A stretch of DNA of 58,117 bases from a virus (lineage: Duplodnaviria; Caudoviricetes). The DNA lies in IMG/VR virus record IMGVR_UViG_3300027007_000030, positions 1 to 58,117 of that record. One strand, 5' to 3'. The position numbers and the translations under genes were made by a program. Each line of letters begins with the position of its first letter. Position 1 is the first letter of the stretch. Below the pieces are notes generated by a model. That model had not been told where the DNA came from, made no database searches, and saw only the letters and a program-made list of their open reading frames with translations. Of the stretch, positions 19,059 to 28,266 are shown one piece after another.

Positions 19059-20012
19059 ATGGCCGACGCAATTACACTGCAATCCTGGACCTGGACCGAT
19101 TCCGGCACCGAGCCCACGCAAGGTGACGAGAGCTACGCGGCCGGCGAACAGCCGATCGCGGAATACGACAACTGGGCGATGTGGGCGGTGACGACCGACG
19201 TCGACGCCCTGAACGCCGAGCTCGGTGAACACGTCGATAACCACGAGGCCGGCGGCCAGGACGAGATCAACTTGGACGGCCTGAACATCGGCTCAGCCGG
19301 TCAACTCGCCGAAGCTGCTGGCGATGTCGCTATTGAGACGACGGGTGGGACGACCGTTGTAGGGGTCGACACGAGTGCCGCCGACTGGACGACCTTCCCC
19401 GACATCAACGACGCGTTCACTCTCAAGCAGGACATGATACTCGGTGGCGGTCGGACAATCCAGATGAGCGCAGACTCGGGAGAACAGACGCTCGTAGACA
19501 TGTCTGTGACATCCTCGCCGGTAAATGGGTCCGAACAGTCGTACCTGATGGCTCTCGATGGGTCGTCGTACCTGAAAGCCTACGCTGAAGCCGACGGGTC
19601 TGGTGGCATCACGAATACACGGCTCGAATCCCACGTCGACCTACTGGTCGCGACCGGGAACGACCTCACACTCGGCGCTGACCTGGTCGCAGACGACGGC
19701 GAAGTCATCTGGGACGAATCGGCCGGCCACCTCGATCAGGACAGGCTGGAGAACGACAGTCTCACGATCAACGGCGGGAACGCGATCTCTGCGGGTGCGG
19801 TATCACTCGGCGGGTCGGTGACGGTCGGCGTCGAATCCAACTCGATCCAGACAGACGAGCTCGACCTCAGCATCTCGCCGACGTGGACCGGGATGCACAC
19901 GTTCAACGGCGGGGTCACGATGGGCGGCACGCTCGACCTGAACGGGAACGCCCTGGAAGGGACGGACGGCGTCGTCCTCCCGGTTGGGACAGACAAGTAC
20001 GTCACCCAGTAA
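19059..20012 (+). CDS. Tail fibre protein
   Basis: N-terminal W.DSGTEP....Y..GEQP.AEYDNW baseplate-anchor-like motif; Gly/Asp/Thr-rich; PTWTG.HTF segment; position after the baseplate genes. Confidence 0.7.
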   Translation: MADAITLQSWTWTDSGTEPTQGDESYAAGEQPIAEYDNWAMWAVTTDVDALNAELGEHVDNHEAGGQDEINLDGLNIGSAGQLAEAAGDVAIETTGGTTVVGVDTSAADWTTFPDINDAFTLKQDMILGGGRTIQMSADSGEQTLVDMSVTSSPVNGSEQSYLMALDGSSYLKAYAEADGSGGITNTRLESHVDLLVATGNDLTLGADLVADDGEVIWDESAGHLDQDRLENDSLTINGGNAISAGAVSLGGSVTVGVESNSIQTDELDLSISPTWTGMHTFNGGVTMGGTLDLNGNALEGTDGVVLPVGTDKYVTQ

Positions 20013-20013
20013 A

Positions 20014-21276
20014 ATGTCGGCACAGCCAGGCTCTGTATGGGTCGAAGGCGACGCGCTCCACTTCATCGACGGGGGTGGTACCGAGTGGCGCTACACGGGA
20101 GCACTGGAAGGGACGCCATCGGGAGCAGTGCCTGGATCGATCTGGATCGAGTCGACAGACAACCGGATTCACTACATCGATTCATCTGGAGAGGAACGAT
20201 CGACACCCCGGACTGTGGGTGGGTCGGTCGCTGGTGTCAACGGGTCTATCTGGATAGAGAACTCACTGATCAAGTACGTCGACTCAGGGTCGTTCAAGTC
20301 GACCGCACACGACGACGTCGCCCACAGTAACGTCGCACACAATGACAAGTCCTATTCGGACAAGTCCCACTCCGACGACAGTCACAACGACGTCGCCCAC
20401 AGCAATGTCGATCATGGCGACAAATCCTATTCGGATAAGTCCCACTCTGATGACACGCACGACGATATAGCCCACAATAACGCACACACTGACGTTGCTC
20501 ACGGTGATACTGCGCATAGCGACGATACCCACTCTGACGATGCGCATACGGACGACGCGCACGATAACTCACATTCAGACGATAGTCACAACGACAAGTC
20601 GCACGACGACGACGGGCACGACGACGTGTCACACGACAACTCACACTCGGACGATAATCACAATAACTCACACTCAGACGACAGCCACGACGATAGTGAA
20701 CACGACGACGTTTCCGGTAGCACCCCTCACGAGGATAAAGCACACGACGACCTCTCCCACGGCGATCACCAGGACAGTATATTCGCACCACCGGACGACC
20801 ACCACGATTGGTCGCACGAAGACGATGCTCACAACGACGCCCCGTCGTTCAGCGACCACGGAGACATAGCACACGACGATAAATCTCACAGCAACAATCA
20901 CTCGGATAAATCCCACAGCAACAACCACGATAACTGGGCACACCTGAACAAAGTACACGACGACGATTCGCACAACGACAAGAGCCACGGGAACTCGCAC
21001 TCGGATAACCCGTATTCGGACAAATCGCACGACGACAAAGCCCACGACGATACCGCTCACTCAGACGCGAACCACGACAATTCGCACACAGACGGAGCTC
21101 ACTCAGACAAGGCGCACTCCGACGATGCCCACTCTGACGATAGCCACGAAGACGGAAACCATAGTGACACGGCGCACACGGACAAGGCGCACTCTGACGA
21201 TTCGCACTCCGACGATAGCCATCAGGACGGGAGCCACAGTGACACACAGCACACAGATCAACCACAACAGGTATAA
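20014..21276 (+). CDS. His-x-Asp/Asn repeat protein; putative distal fibre/adhesin and radical SAM substrate
   Basis: ATG 1 nt after the fibre-gene stop; three GS(V/I)W(V/I)E..I/L..(I/V)D repeats, then ~64 (H/Y/F)-x-(D/N) units. Confidence 0.8.
   Translation: MSAQPGSVWVEGDALHFIDGGGTEWRYTGALEGTPSGAVPGSIWIESTDNRIHYIDSSGEERSTPRTVGGSVAGVNGSIWIENSLIKYVDSGSFKSTAHDDVAHSNVAHNDKSYSDKSHSDDSHNDVAHSNVDHGDKSYSDKSHSDDTHDDIAHNNAHTDVAHGDTAHSDDTHSDDAHTDDAHDNSHSDDSHNDKSHDDDGHDDVSHDNSHSDDNHNNSHSDDSHDDSEHDDVSGSTPHEDKAHDDLSHGDHQDSIFAPPDDHHDWSHEDDAHNDAPSFSDHGDIAHDDKSHSNNHSDKSHSNNHDNWAHLNKVHDDDSHNDKSHGNSHSDNPYSDKSHDDKAHDDTAHSDANHDNSHTDGAHSDKAHSDDAHSDDSHEDGNHSDTAHTDKAHSDDSHSDDSHQDGSHSDTQHTDQPQQV
20308..21258 (+). 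repeat. Coding degenerate tandem repeat (mostly 15-nt units encoding H-x-D/N-x-x)
   Basis: Direct reading of the translation: HSDDS, HNDKS, HSDKA, HDNS and similar units. Confidence 0.9.
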
Positions 21277-21315
21277 TATCTGAGAACATCGTAATAGGTA
21301 GAGAGCGGAGTAGTC

Positions 21316-22809
21316 ATGACTATACACGTATCAAAAGACACAGGTTGTAACCTGGGGTGCAGCTACTGCTACGAGGAGCCAGATCGCGAGATCAACGAGA
21401 ACGACGTGTCCTCACAGTCACTTGACACTGACGCTGCGATTGCACAGCTCGACGAGTGGAAAGAGCAGTACCCGACAGATGTCCCTGGGCTCCATGGAGG
21501 GGAGCCGCTCCTGATAGACACTGACGACCTGGAAGTCGTGTTCAAGTGGGTCTACGACAACTACGAGTCGGTGAGAGATGGGACACAAGCGTCACACATA
21601 CAGACCAACGGGACGTTGATTAAGGAGCGTCATATCGACCTGTTCAAGCAGTACAACGTTTCTGTCGGCATTTCGTGTGACGGGCCTGTCGAGCTCAACA
21701 GGGAGCGGCTCGCCCGCCCGGAGAAGGATGAGGCCGAAGACGGCTTTACGACCACAGACAGCCTGTCGCAGATCACGAACGACAATATCACTCGGCTGGC
21801 AAACCAGGGGGTCAGCGTCGGGATCATCGTCGTCATTCACGAGACGAACGCTGGGACGGACGAGCGGTTAGAGATCCTCCTCGACTGGATGGACGATCTT
21901 GCGAAACAGGGCGTGAGCGGGCACTACAACCCCGCCCTTCCGTACGACGAGATCCAGACCGAGAACTCGCTATCAGGAGAGCGCCTGAAAGAAGTGTACC
22001 TCCGCACCTACGAGTGGATGAAAGAGGAGCAGTATCGCGAGTGGAACCCGATGAGCGACGCTCGCGACAACTTGCTTGGGAACAAACTCACCAACTGTGT
22101 CAACAACCGCTGTGACGTCTTCAATGCCGGAGCGGCAAAGATCGTCACGGGTGAGGGAGAGACGACTGGCTGTGGCAAAACATGGGGGTCTGTCGGCGAC
22201 GGTGTTCCGTTCCTCCAGGGCCCCTCGAACGAAAGTGAGTACGACGATAACGAGGAGCGGTACGAGATGTTGCAGCAAGTGCCGGGTCCGTACACGGAGG
22301 GTGAGCCGGACCTGGGTGGGTGTAAGGGCTGCAAATACTGGAACGTCTGTCAGGGCGGTTGTCCATCGGGTGCGATCGACCAGGACTTCCGCAACCGGAC
22401 GCGCTGGTGCCCCGCGAAGTACGCGATGTACGAGGCCATCGAGAACGACATGCGGACGCTGTTCCCGAACATCACGCTGATCACCGACTACCCATGGAAC
22501 GCTGAGCTCGCGAAGTACGCCAGCAAATGGGGACTGGACATCAAGCCGTTCGCAGCGATGGACCCCGGAGAAGATGGTCCATCCTCCGTCTGGGGTGGTT
22601 ATTCCCACCCGTGGGGCGGCCCACTGGACCGCGTTCCAGAGGATGTCTTCCCAGATGACTGGCGTGGTGAGAAGGAGTTCATCAAATCGATGTACGACGA
22701 GGAAGTGCTCGAGATCGACGAACACACGCACAACTGGCACGCCGACTCCGATATGGGGGACCAAAACGACGATGGATGGAAGCAGGTCGACGAGGAGACG
22801 GAAGCATGA
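21316..22809 (+). CDS. Radical SAM/SPASM-domain protein (peptide/protein maturase type)
   Basis: CNLGCSYC (CxxxCxxC), HGGEPLL, IQTNGTL, GISCDGP; SPASM cysteines CVNNRC...GC...CKGCKYWNVCQGGCP...WC. Confidence 0.92.
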   Translation: MTIHVSKDTGCNLGCSYCYEEPDREINENDVSSQSLDTDAAIAQLDEWKEQYPTDVPGLHGGEPLLIDTDDLEVVFKWVYDNYESVRDGTQASHIQTNGTLIKERHIDLFKQYNVSVGISCDGPVELNRERLARPEKDEAEDGFTTTDSLSQITNDNITRLANQGVSVGIIVVIHETNAGTDERLEILLDWMDDLAKQGVSGHYNPALPYDEIQTENSLSGERLKEVYLRTYEWMKEEQYREWNPMSDARDNLLGNKLTNCVNNRCDVFNAGAAKIVTGEGETTGCGKTWGSVGDGVPFLQGPSNESEYDDNEERYEMLQQVPGPYTEGEPDLGGCKGCKYWNVCQGGCPSGAIDQDFRNRTRWCPAKYAMYEAIENDMRTLFPNITLITDYPWNAELAKYASKWGLDIKPFAAMDPGEDGPSSVWGGYSHPWGGPLDRVPEDVFPDDWRGEKEFIKSMYDEEVLEIDEHTHNWHADSDMGDQNDDGWKQVDEETEA

Positions 22810-23747
22810 CTGTCACGCCAACGTATGTCGAGGATGCCCCGGAGAACCGTGTCGAACTTGACCCGTTCGCGCGGTTCAACTGGAAGACAGTCGAGAGCAA
22901 AGAGATGTGGAAAGACGCGCTCATCAATGCTGAGATAGCAAAGTCAGAGGCCGAGTGGCGATCGGTTCTGAGCGATAAGACCGACCGGAAGGCGGCGATC
23001 ATCCACATAAACAACTTCAACCGCGAAAAGTGGCTCCGGCGGATGGGTGAGTATGGTCTCGCCTACCGGGACATCCGATACTCGGAGCCGTATGAGGGGT
23101 TCGCACACAAGTTCCACCCGACGACGATAGACGACCCGCGGCGGAACACCTACGCGGTGATCGCGAAGGACGATGATGTCGCGGATAAGATGGAGGAAGC
23201 GGAGTTGGAGATGGAAGGGCACGAACGACATGGGACGGTGGGTAAACTCCTGGGGTTCCCTGACTGTTGCCGTTCACAGTTCAACGACATCTGGGTGGAT
23301 AACTGGGACCGAGGGCTCACGGACCCCATGTACGAGGTTGCGTGTAACACGCCCTCGGCCCGGGAGATAACTGACGCAGACAACATTCGACTCGAGGACC
23401 CCGAGGCGTACACGAACGTCATGTGGCGCTACTTCGGGTGGTCGTTCATCACGCACATCCCGTGCAGTTTCGAGTGTGAGGAGTCAGCCGCCATCGGCGA
23501 GGCGCGCCACGAGATCATGCACGAGGCTGGGTACGGCGGGGCCGCCGACATGCTCTACGGCTGGTTGGACCAGCCCTTCGTCTGGGACGCGCTCCATTCC
23601 ATCGCGAACATCCGAAACATGCACGTGACGGCCACTGCGGGAACGTCATCGTACTGGTCGAAGAAACGGGTCGAATGGCGTCGTGAGCACTTCCCGCAGA
23701 TGAAGCCGTTCTACACAGAGGAAGACCTCGCCCGAATACACTCATGA
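22806..23747 (+). CDS. Cys-rich radical SAM partner (DUF483-like)
   Basis: ATGA overlap with the rSAM stop; GKLLGFPDCC and THIPCSFECEES motifs. Confidence 0.6.
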   Translation: MTVTPTYVEDAPENRVELDPFARFNWKTVESKEMWKDALINAEIAKSEAEWRSVLSDKTDRKAAIIHINNFNREKWLRRMGEYGLAYRDIRYSEPYEGFAHKFHPTTIDDPRRNTYAVIAKDDDVADKMEEAELEMEGHERHGTVGKLLGFPDCCRSQFNDIWVDNWDRGLTDPMYEVACNTPSAREITDADNIRLEDPEAYTNVMWRYFGWSFITHIPCSFECEESAAIGEARHEIMHEAGYGGAADMLYGWLDQPFVWDALHSIANIRNMHVTATAGTSSYWSKKRVEWRREHFPQMKPFYTEEDLARIHS

Positions 23748-24154
23748 TCGACCACCTACGACCGATCGACCCCATCGAGACGGCCCTCCCTGACGACTGT
23801 ATCGACCCGACCACATCGATGCCACCAGAAACGGTTGAGCCGCCGCGTGAGACGATACTCGTCGATGACAACGTCTCTGTCGAGGTCAGGGTCAAACACG
23901 ACTACAACTGGATGCACGTCGATGTGCCCCGGTTTGAGGGGTGTGATAGCCGCGAGGCGATCTGGACGACTGTCTGGTTTGCCCGAGCAATCGGTGTCCC
24001 AGGAACGTGGAAAGAACAGTTGCGAATCGTCGTCGATGACAACGAACTGGAAGCGTACCGTCTGGGTGCGTTGTATCGATATGCGGAGTTCCCACTGCGT
24101 GAACGCGAGACGAACTACGCCGAGTACGGTGAGAACCCAGAGTACGACACATGA
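23744..24154 (+). CDS. Hypothetical protein
   Basis: ATGA-coupled, acidic ORF. Confidence 0.55.
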   Translation: MIDHLRPIDPIETALPDDCIDPTTSMPPETVEPPRETILVDDNVSVEVRVKHDYNWMHVDVPRFEGCDSREAIWTTVWFARAIGVPGTWKEQLRIVVDDNELEAYRLGALYRYAEFPLRERETNYAEYGENPEYDT

Positions 24155-24660
24155 CACACACACGGAACATACTGGACGCCCTGAACAACGCCGACATAGA
24201 TGAACAGCTCGTCGATCGGGTACGGGAAGCAACCATCGATGACTCAGCGTACGACGAGTTGGAATGGTACTACGATGAGATTCAGTACGACGACCTACTC
24301 CAGGTCAGCGACGGATACGTCGTCCACGCCCGCGGGTTCACGGTTGAAGACCAGGTCGTCGTCGACCAGTACGCACTGAACGGGGGACATAAGCGATGGT
24401 GGCAACAGAAACTTGTCGACGAGTTCGACCGCGACTGGAGAGATGACGATCCAAATCAGGTCCTGTACTGGTCGGTTACCGGGAGTGGGACGTTCACGAT
24501 ACAGTACCCTGGGCTCGCAATTGCGTCCGTCGAAAGTATCGGTCGCATCAAGCAGACGTGGGAAGCGATGGAAGTCCCGGATGATATGCAAATCGGTTGG
24601 CTTCTGGAGATCGATAGAGAGGCGACTTGGAGAGGATCGCTCGACGAACTACATGAGTAA
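24151..24660 (+). CDS. Hypothetical protein
   Basis: ATGA-coupled, acidic ORF. Confidence 0.6.
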   Translation: MTHTRNILDALNNADIDEQLVDRVREATIDDSAYDELEWYYDEIQYDDLLQVSDGYVVHARGFTVEDQVVVDQYALNGGHKRWWQQKLVDEFDRDWRDDDPNQVLYWSVTGSGTFTIQYPGLAIASVESIGRIKQTWEAMEVPDDMQIGWLLEIDREATWRGSLDELHE

Positions 24661-25330
24661 GGTTCAGGTCAGCGGCGTCATGACCCTCCGGAACGCGGAG
24701 GAGGTAGGGTATCCATATATTCCATCGATCCTGTCGATCCTCCCGATCGTAGACGAGTTTCTCATCAACGATGGTGGGAGTGACGACGGGACGTGGGAAA
24801 CACTCTGCACACTGGCTGACTCGTTCGACGAGATCGAGCTCTACCAGATCCCAGATGGTGAGCCAGGCGCGCAGTGGGATGTGGTAGACAGACAACTCGA
24901 CGAGCTGATCGACGTTGCTGGAGGAGAGTGGTTGATCGAATCGCAGTGTGACGAGGTGTGGCCGCGGTCGAGTCTGCATACAGTGAACGAGATCATGCGT
25001 TCCGACACCGAGTATGCGTCTATCAGACAGCCCCGACTGAGCAGTAGCGAGTGGGATGGCGTGTCGAGCTATGACTACTGGACAGTTCGTTGCGTCAAGA
25101 ATACTCCTGACCTCGAGAGCCACGAGGGTGGCGACTCGTTCCACACAGGAGGGTATTCGAGCCCGACTGAGGGATACACCAGCCACAACGTACCACCAGA
25201 AACGAAGGTGGATGCCCCGTTTTGGCACGTCCACGACTTCGACCGGGTCGCTCACGCGGAACGCCATGCGTTCTGGTTAGCGACAGAAAGCGACCTTCGC
25301 CGAGAGGTGTATGAGCGCACGGTCGAGTGA
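24653..25330 (+). CDS. Glycosyltransferase, GT-A fold (GT2-like)
   Basis: ATG at 24653; VSGVMTLRNAEEVGYP...VDEFLINDGGSDDGT...GEWLIESQCDE. Confidence 0.8.
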   Translation: MSKVQVSGVMTLRNAEEVGYPYIPSILSILPIVDEFLINDGGSDDGTWETLCTLADSFDEIELYQIPDGEPGAQWDVVDRQLDELIDVAGGEWLIESQCDEVWPRSSLHTVNEIMRSDTEYASIRQPRLSSSEWDGVSSYDYWTVRCVKNTPDLESHEGGDSFHTGGYSSPTEGYTSHNVPPETKVDAPFWHVHDFDRVAHAERHAFWLATESDLRREVYERTVE

Positions 25331-25372
25331 ACGGGAAAACTCGTATGAAGTGATTATTGTGTACATGAGGTA

Positions 25373-25807
25373 ATGAACGGTGAGTTCGAGCCGTCGACGA
25401 GACGGAGAGACACCTCCTGGGTGCAGGGGGAGTTGGCAACCGCGTTCGAGAACTTCCCGACTGGCGGCCTCCAGCGTCTCTCGCTGGACTCGCGCTACTA
25501 CCTGACGACACCGGAGGACTTCGATCACATCGTAGCGGAAGATGCGCTCTCACACCGATACTACCGACGGGGGAAGTTCGACTGTGAAAACTTCGCGTTT
25601 GCGTTCAAGAGCATCTGTGACGGTCGATATGGACTGAACAGTGTTGGTGTTCTTCTCGACTACCGGACTCGTGACACCTACAACGTGGTCGTCTACGAGG
25701 AGGGTGGCGTCGACGTGTTCGACCCGGACGCCAGCGAGCTCATCGTTGCTGGTGGCATCGGCATGGAGTCGGCATACAAGATCGACCTCGGTGTGATCAT
25801 TTTATGA
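25373..25807 (+). CDS. Papain/transglutaminase-like (agglutinin C-terminal-like) protein
   Basis: FDCENFAFAF...GLNSVG...TYNVVV...FDP pattern. Confidence 0.5.
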   Translation: MNGEFEPSTRRRDTSWVQGELATAFENFPTGGLQRLSLDSRYYLTTPEDFDHIVAEDALSHRYYRRGKFDCENFAFAFKSICDGRYGLNSVGVLLDYRTRDTYNVVVYEEGGVDVFDPDASELIVAGGIGMESAYKIDLGVIIL

Positions 25808-26394
25808 CGGTCACGGAGCTGATAGTGCTCGCGACGATCGTGGCGTTTGTCATCTGGTCCCGATCCCTGTACGGTGCTGACGACGCATGGTGGCAAGAGG
25901 TTCGTCGACGCTGGTGGCCGGTGCTACACAATCCGTTGAAATCGTTTGGCGGGTTCGCACTCTCCGGGGTTGGAGGACGGGCATACGTCGGTGTGGTCAA
26001 GATGTCGGAAGACGACCTCGAAGCGACGCTTGAACGGATCGGATTCGTCCGCAACCCATGGGCTGCACTCAAAACCAGGCTCGACGGACAGGATGTGTCG
26101 GAGGGGTCGTGGGTCTACCGGAAGTCAGACGTCTGGTATCGACCGGACGATCTCGCACCGATGCAACTCCACGTGACCGTGTTCGAGCGAGCTGACGGGA
26201 TCGGATACGACCTCTACGCCCACTGGGAAGACAACTACTGGGTGAGCCCGTTCGACCACCTCGACGGGGCGAATCTTTCGGCTCCACGCGGCGTCGAAAT
26301 GATGCACGAGCGATTGGATGAGAATCGGGTGTCCTATTTCACGGACCTCGAACCGGACCCGATCATCGAACAGGACTCAAACGCTTACAAGTGA
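25804..26394 (+). CDS. Membrane-anchored hypothetical protein
   Basis: N-terminal TM helix; GSW...QLHVTVF...DLYAHWE motif. Confidence 0.65.
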   Translation: MTVTELIVLATIVAFVIWSRSLYGADDAWWQEVRRRWWPVLHNPLKSFGGFALSGVGGRAYVGVVKMSEDDLEATLERIGFVRNPWAALKTRLDGQDVSEGSWVYRKSDVWYRPDDLAPMQLHVTVFERADGIGYDLYAHWEDNYWVSPFDHLDGANLSAPRGVEMMHERLDENRVSYFTDLEPDPIIEQDSNAYK

Positions 26395-26435
26395 CAGCAT
26401 CGAGGTAAGATAGACGGATGAGACGATTTCGACGT

Positions 26436-26497
26436 GCGGCGACCCTGTTTCCAGACCCCAACCCCCACCCCCTGGACGGTGCAAACGTACTTCCGGG
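26436..26497 (+). repeat. ~60-bp intergenic repeat family, copy B
   Basis: CGGCGACCCTGTTTCCAGACCCCAACCCCCACCC...GGTGCAAACGTACTTCCGGG. Confidence 0.7.
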
Positions 26498-26668
26498 AGA
26501 TGCACCCGATTTAGGGCTCTCAGAAGGCTCTACGCGAGGTTTCCAGCGGTTCTCAGACCGCATTAGCGACACTATGAGCGACACCACTCCCCAACAACAA
26601 CGTCTCACGGCCACACACAGCAAAGATGCAGGAAAACAGGTATATCTGGCATTCCGTGTAGTAACAGA

Positions 26669-27067
26669 ATGATGCTCGCCATTATCGATCTCGGACCAAT
26701 GGGTTCGTTTATCAGTGGGGTAGTGGCGGCACTCACACTTCTCGGCGGAGCCATGTACTGGGCAATTCGAAGCGTGGTCGGGATCGCCACGAAGGACTAC
26801 GTGCGGCGACATATCGAGCGGAAGGTCGTCCCACTGGAGGACCGGGTGAACAGAGTCGCGGTCGAGACAGAGGAGAACGGGGATGACCTGCGGGCGCTTC
26901 GTGATCTGCTGGAAGGTGGCAACTCGCAGTTCGAGAAGGGTATGATGGACTTCCTCGACGACAACATCAACCGAACGGTCGAGATACAGGCTGACCTCGA
27001 CGAGATAAAAGTCGGCTTGAGACAGCTCAGAGATGAGGTTGAGGAAACATCCGGCGAGAGCGACTGA
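26669..27067 (+). CDS. Single-TM coiled-coil protein (holin/lysis candidate)
   Basis: N-terminal TM plus coiled coil at the end of the structural module; late-promoter variant GAAAACAGGTATAT at 26632. Confidence 0.5.
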   Translation: MMLAIIDLGPMGSFISGVVAALTLLGGAMYWAIRSVVGIATKDYVRRHIERKVVPLEDRVNRVAVETEENGDDLRALRDLLEGGNSQFEKGMMDFLDDNINRTVEIQADLDEIKVGLRQLRDEVEETSGESD

Positions 27068-27104
27068 TCGGCTCTATCCACTTCGCTATCGTACCAAATA
27101 CCAG

Positions 27105-27141
27105 CGCACGTACATACGTACACGCCCATATGTACGTACAG
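27105..27141 (+). repeat. 37-bp imperfect palindrome, copy 2 (variant)
   Basis: CGCACGTACATACG-TACACGCC-CATATGTACGTACA-G. Confidence 0.85.
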
Positions 27142-27319
27142 CTATATGCCGAAATCGGCGGTTAGAAGACCGTACAATAGGAAATCTTATAACCCAATGG
27201 TGACTACAATAAAAGTACCCTCAAACACCCGGCATGAATAGTAGCAGGTTTCAGACGACTCGGTCGTGTGTGGAACGGAGTGTTCGGGGGTCTCTCCCGC
27301 AAGGGAAGTGAAACGAAAA

Positions 27320-28246
27320 ATGGTAAGCGAACAAAAAGCAGAGGACATGCTGAGCTTCCTCACAGAGACCATCGGTATGGACGAGGAAGAAGTCGAGGAG
27401 AAGGCCCAGGAGATGAAGGACAGCGGCGAAGTCCTCCTCATCGTCAACGCCTACGAGAAGATCAAGGAGGAGAACGTCGCCCAGCCCCAGGAAGCGGTCG
27501 ACCTGGAGGGCGCGTATCTCGGTCAGCACGCCCGCACCCGAGACGGTGAAGTCACGGGCTACGTGACCTGGCTGTTCTCGGAGGCCGACCACGCAGTCGT
27601 GCGAGTCAACTCCGACGAGCCCATCGTCGACGGCGACCACCAGCAGTTCACCGAAGTGACCGTCACCGAGGTCGAACGCTGGGAGAACCTCGAGACAGAG
27701 TACCAGTGGCTCCAGGCCACCGACGACACCGAGACCGAGTTCGGCGACGAGCTCGCACTCGACCTGGTTCTTGACTTCGCCCAGACGGTGGGCGAGGTCG
27801 ACGAAGACGAGTCCTACCTCGTGATCGCGGACATCGCGGACGTCGACACGCTCGGCGAGTTCCACGAGGACACGGGCGACTACCTCGGACGGAAGCCCGT
27901 CATCGAGGACGAGGACACGGCCAACATCCGACTCGTGCTGGAGGAAGCACGCTCGGGTGAGCAGGCCACGATCAAGCTCCAGAACCCGCGCGACATCGCG
28001 CGTCTCTCGGGCATCGAGTTCGAGCGACTCATGAAAGCGGCCGCGCAGATGGACGTTCAGGAGCTCGCCCAGCAGCTCTACACGGCGCTCGAGGGCGAGG
28101 AGGTCGTCGTCTTCGGTCGCGGTTCCGCCTACGTCAACGGCGAAGAAGTCACCGACGGCGACGGCAACCGCCGCCCGTGGCTCACCCTGTCGAACTTCGA
28201 CGTCGGCTTCATCACGTCACTGGACGAACTGGAAGCTGACGCGTGA
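27320..28246 (+). CDS. Acidic replication-module protein, possibly OB-fold ssDNA-binding
   Basis: ATG at 27320; strong codon bias; first gene of the RadB/MCM operon. Function inferred from position only. Confidence 0.45.
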   Translation: MVSEQKAEDMLSFLTETIGMDEEEVEEKAQEMKDSGEVLLIVNAYEKIKEENVAQPQEAVDLEGAYLGQHARTRDGEVTGYVTWLFSEADHAVVRVNSDEPIVDGDHQQFTEVTVTEVERWENLETEYQWLQATDDTETEFGDELALDLVLDFAQTVGEVDEDESYLVIADIADVDTLGEFHEDTGDYLGRKPVIEDEDTANIRLVLEEARSGEQATIKLQNPRDIARLSGIEFERLMKAAAQMDVQELAQQLYTALEGEEVVVFGRGSAYVNGEEVTDGDGNRRPWLTLSNFDVGFITSLDELEADA

Positions 28247-28266
28247 GCACCCGGAGGTGATCACGC

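Noticed and set aside
20308-21258. Repetitive DNA that might be a CRISPR array
   Set aside because: Units are 12-15 nt, degenerate at synonymous positions and in frame. There is no constant repeat with unique spacers, so it is a protein repeat.
20014-23747. Assignment to the known His-Xaa-Ser (Hxs) radical SAM system
   Set aside because: The repeat is H-x-D/N with 4-5 residue periodicity rather than tandem HxS, only one rSAM is present, and the context is a viral tail module. It is analogous, not the same system.
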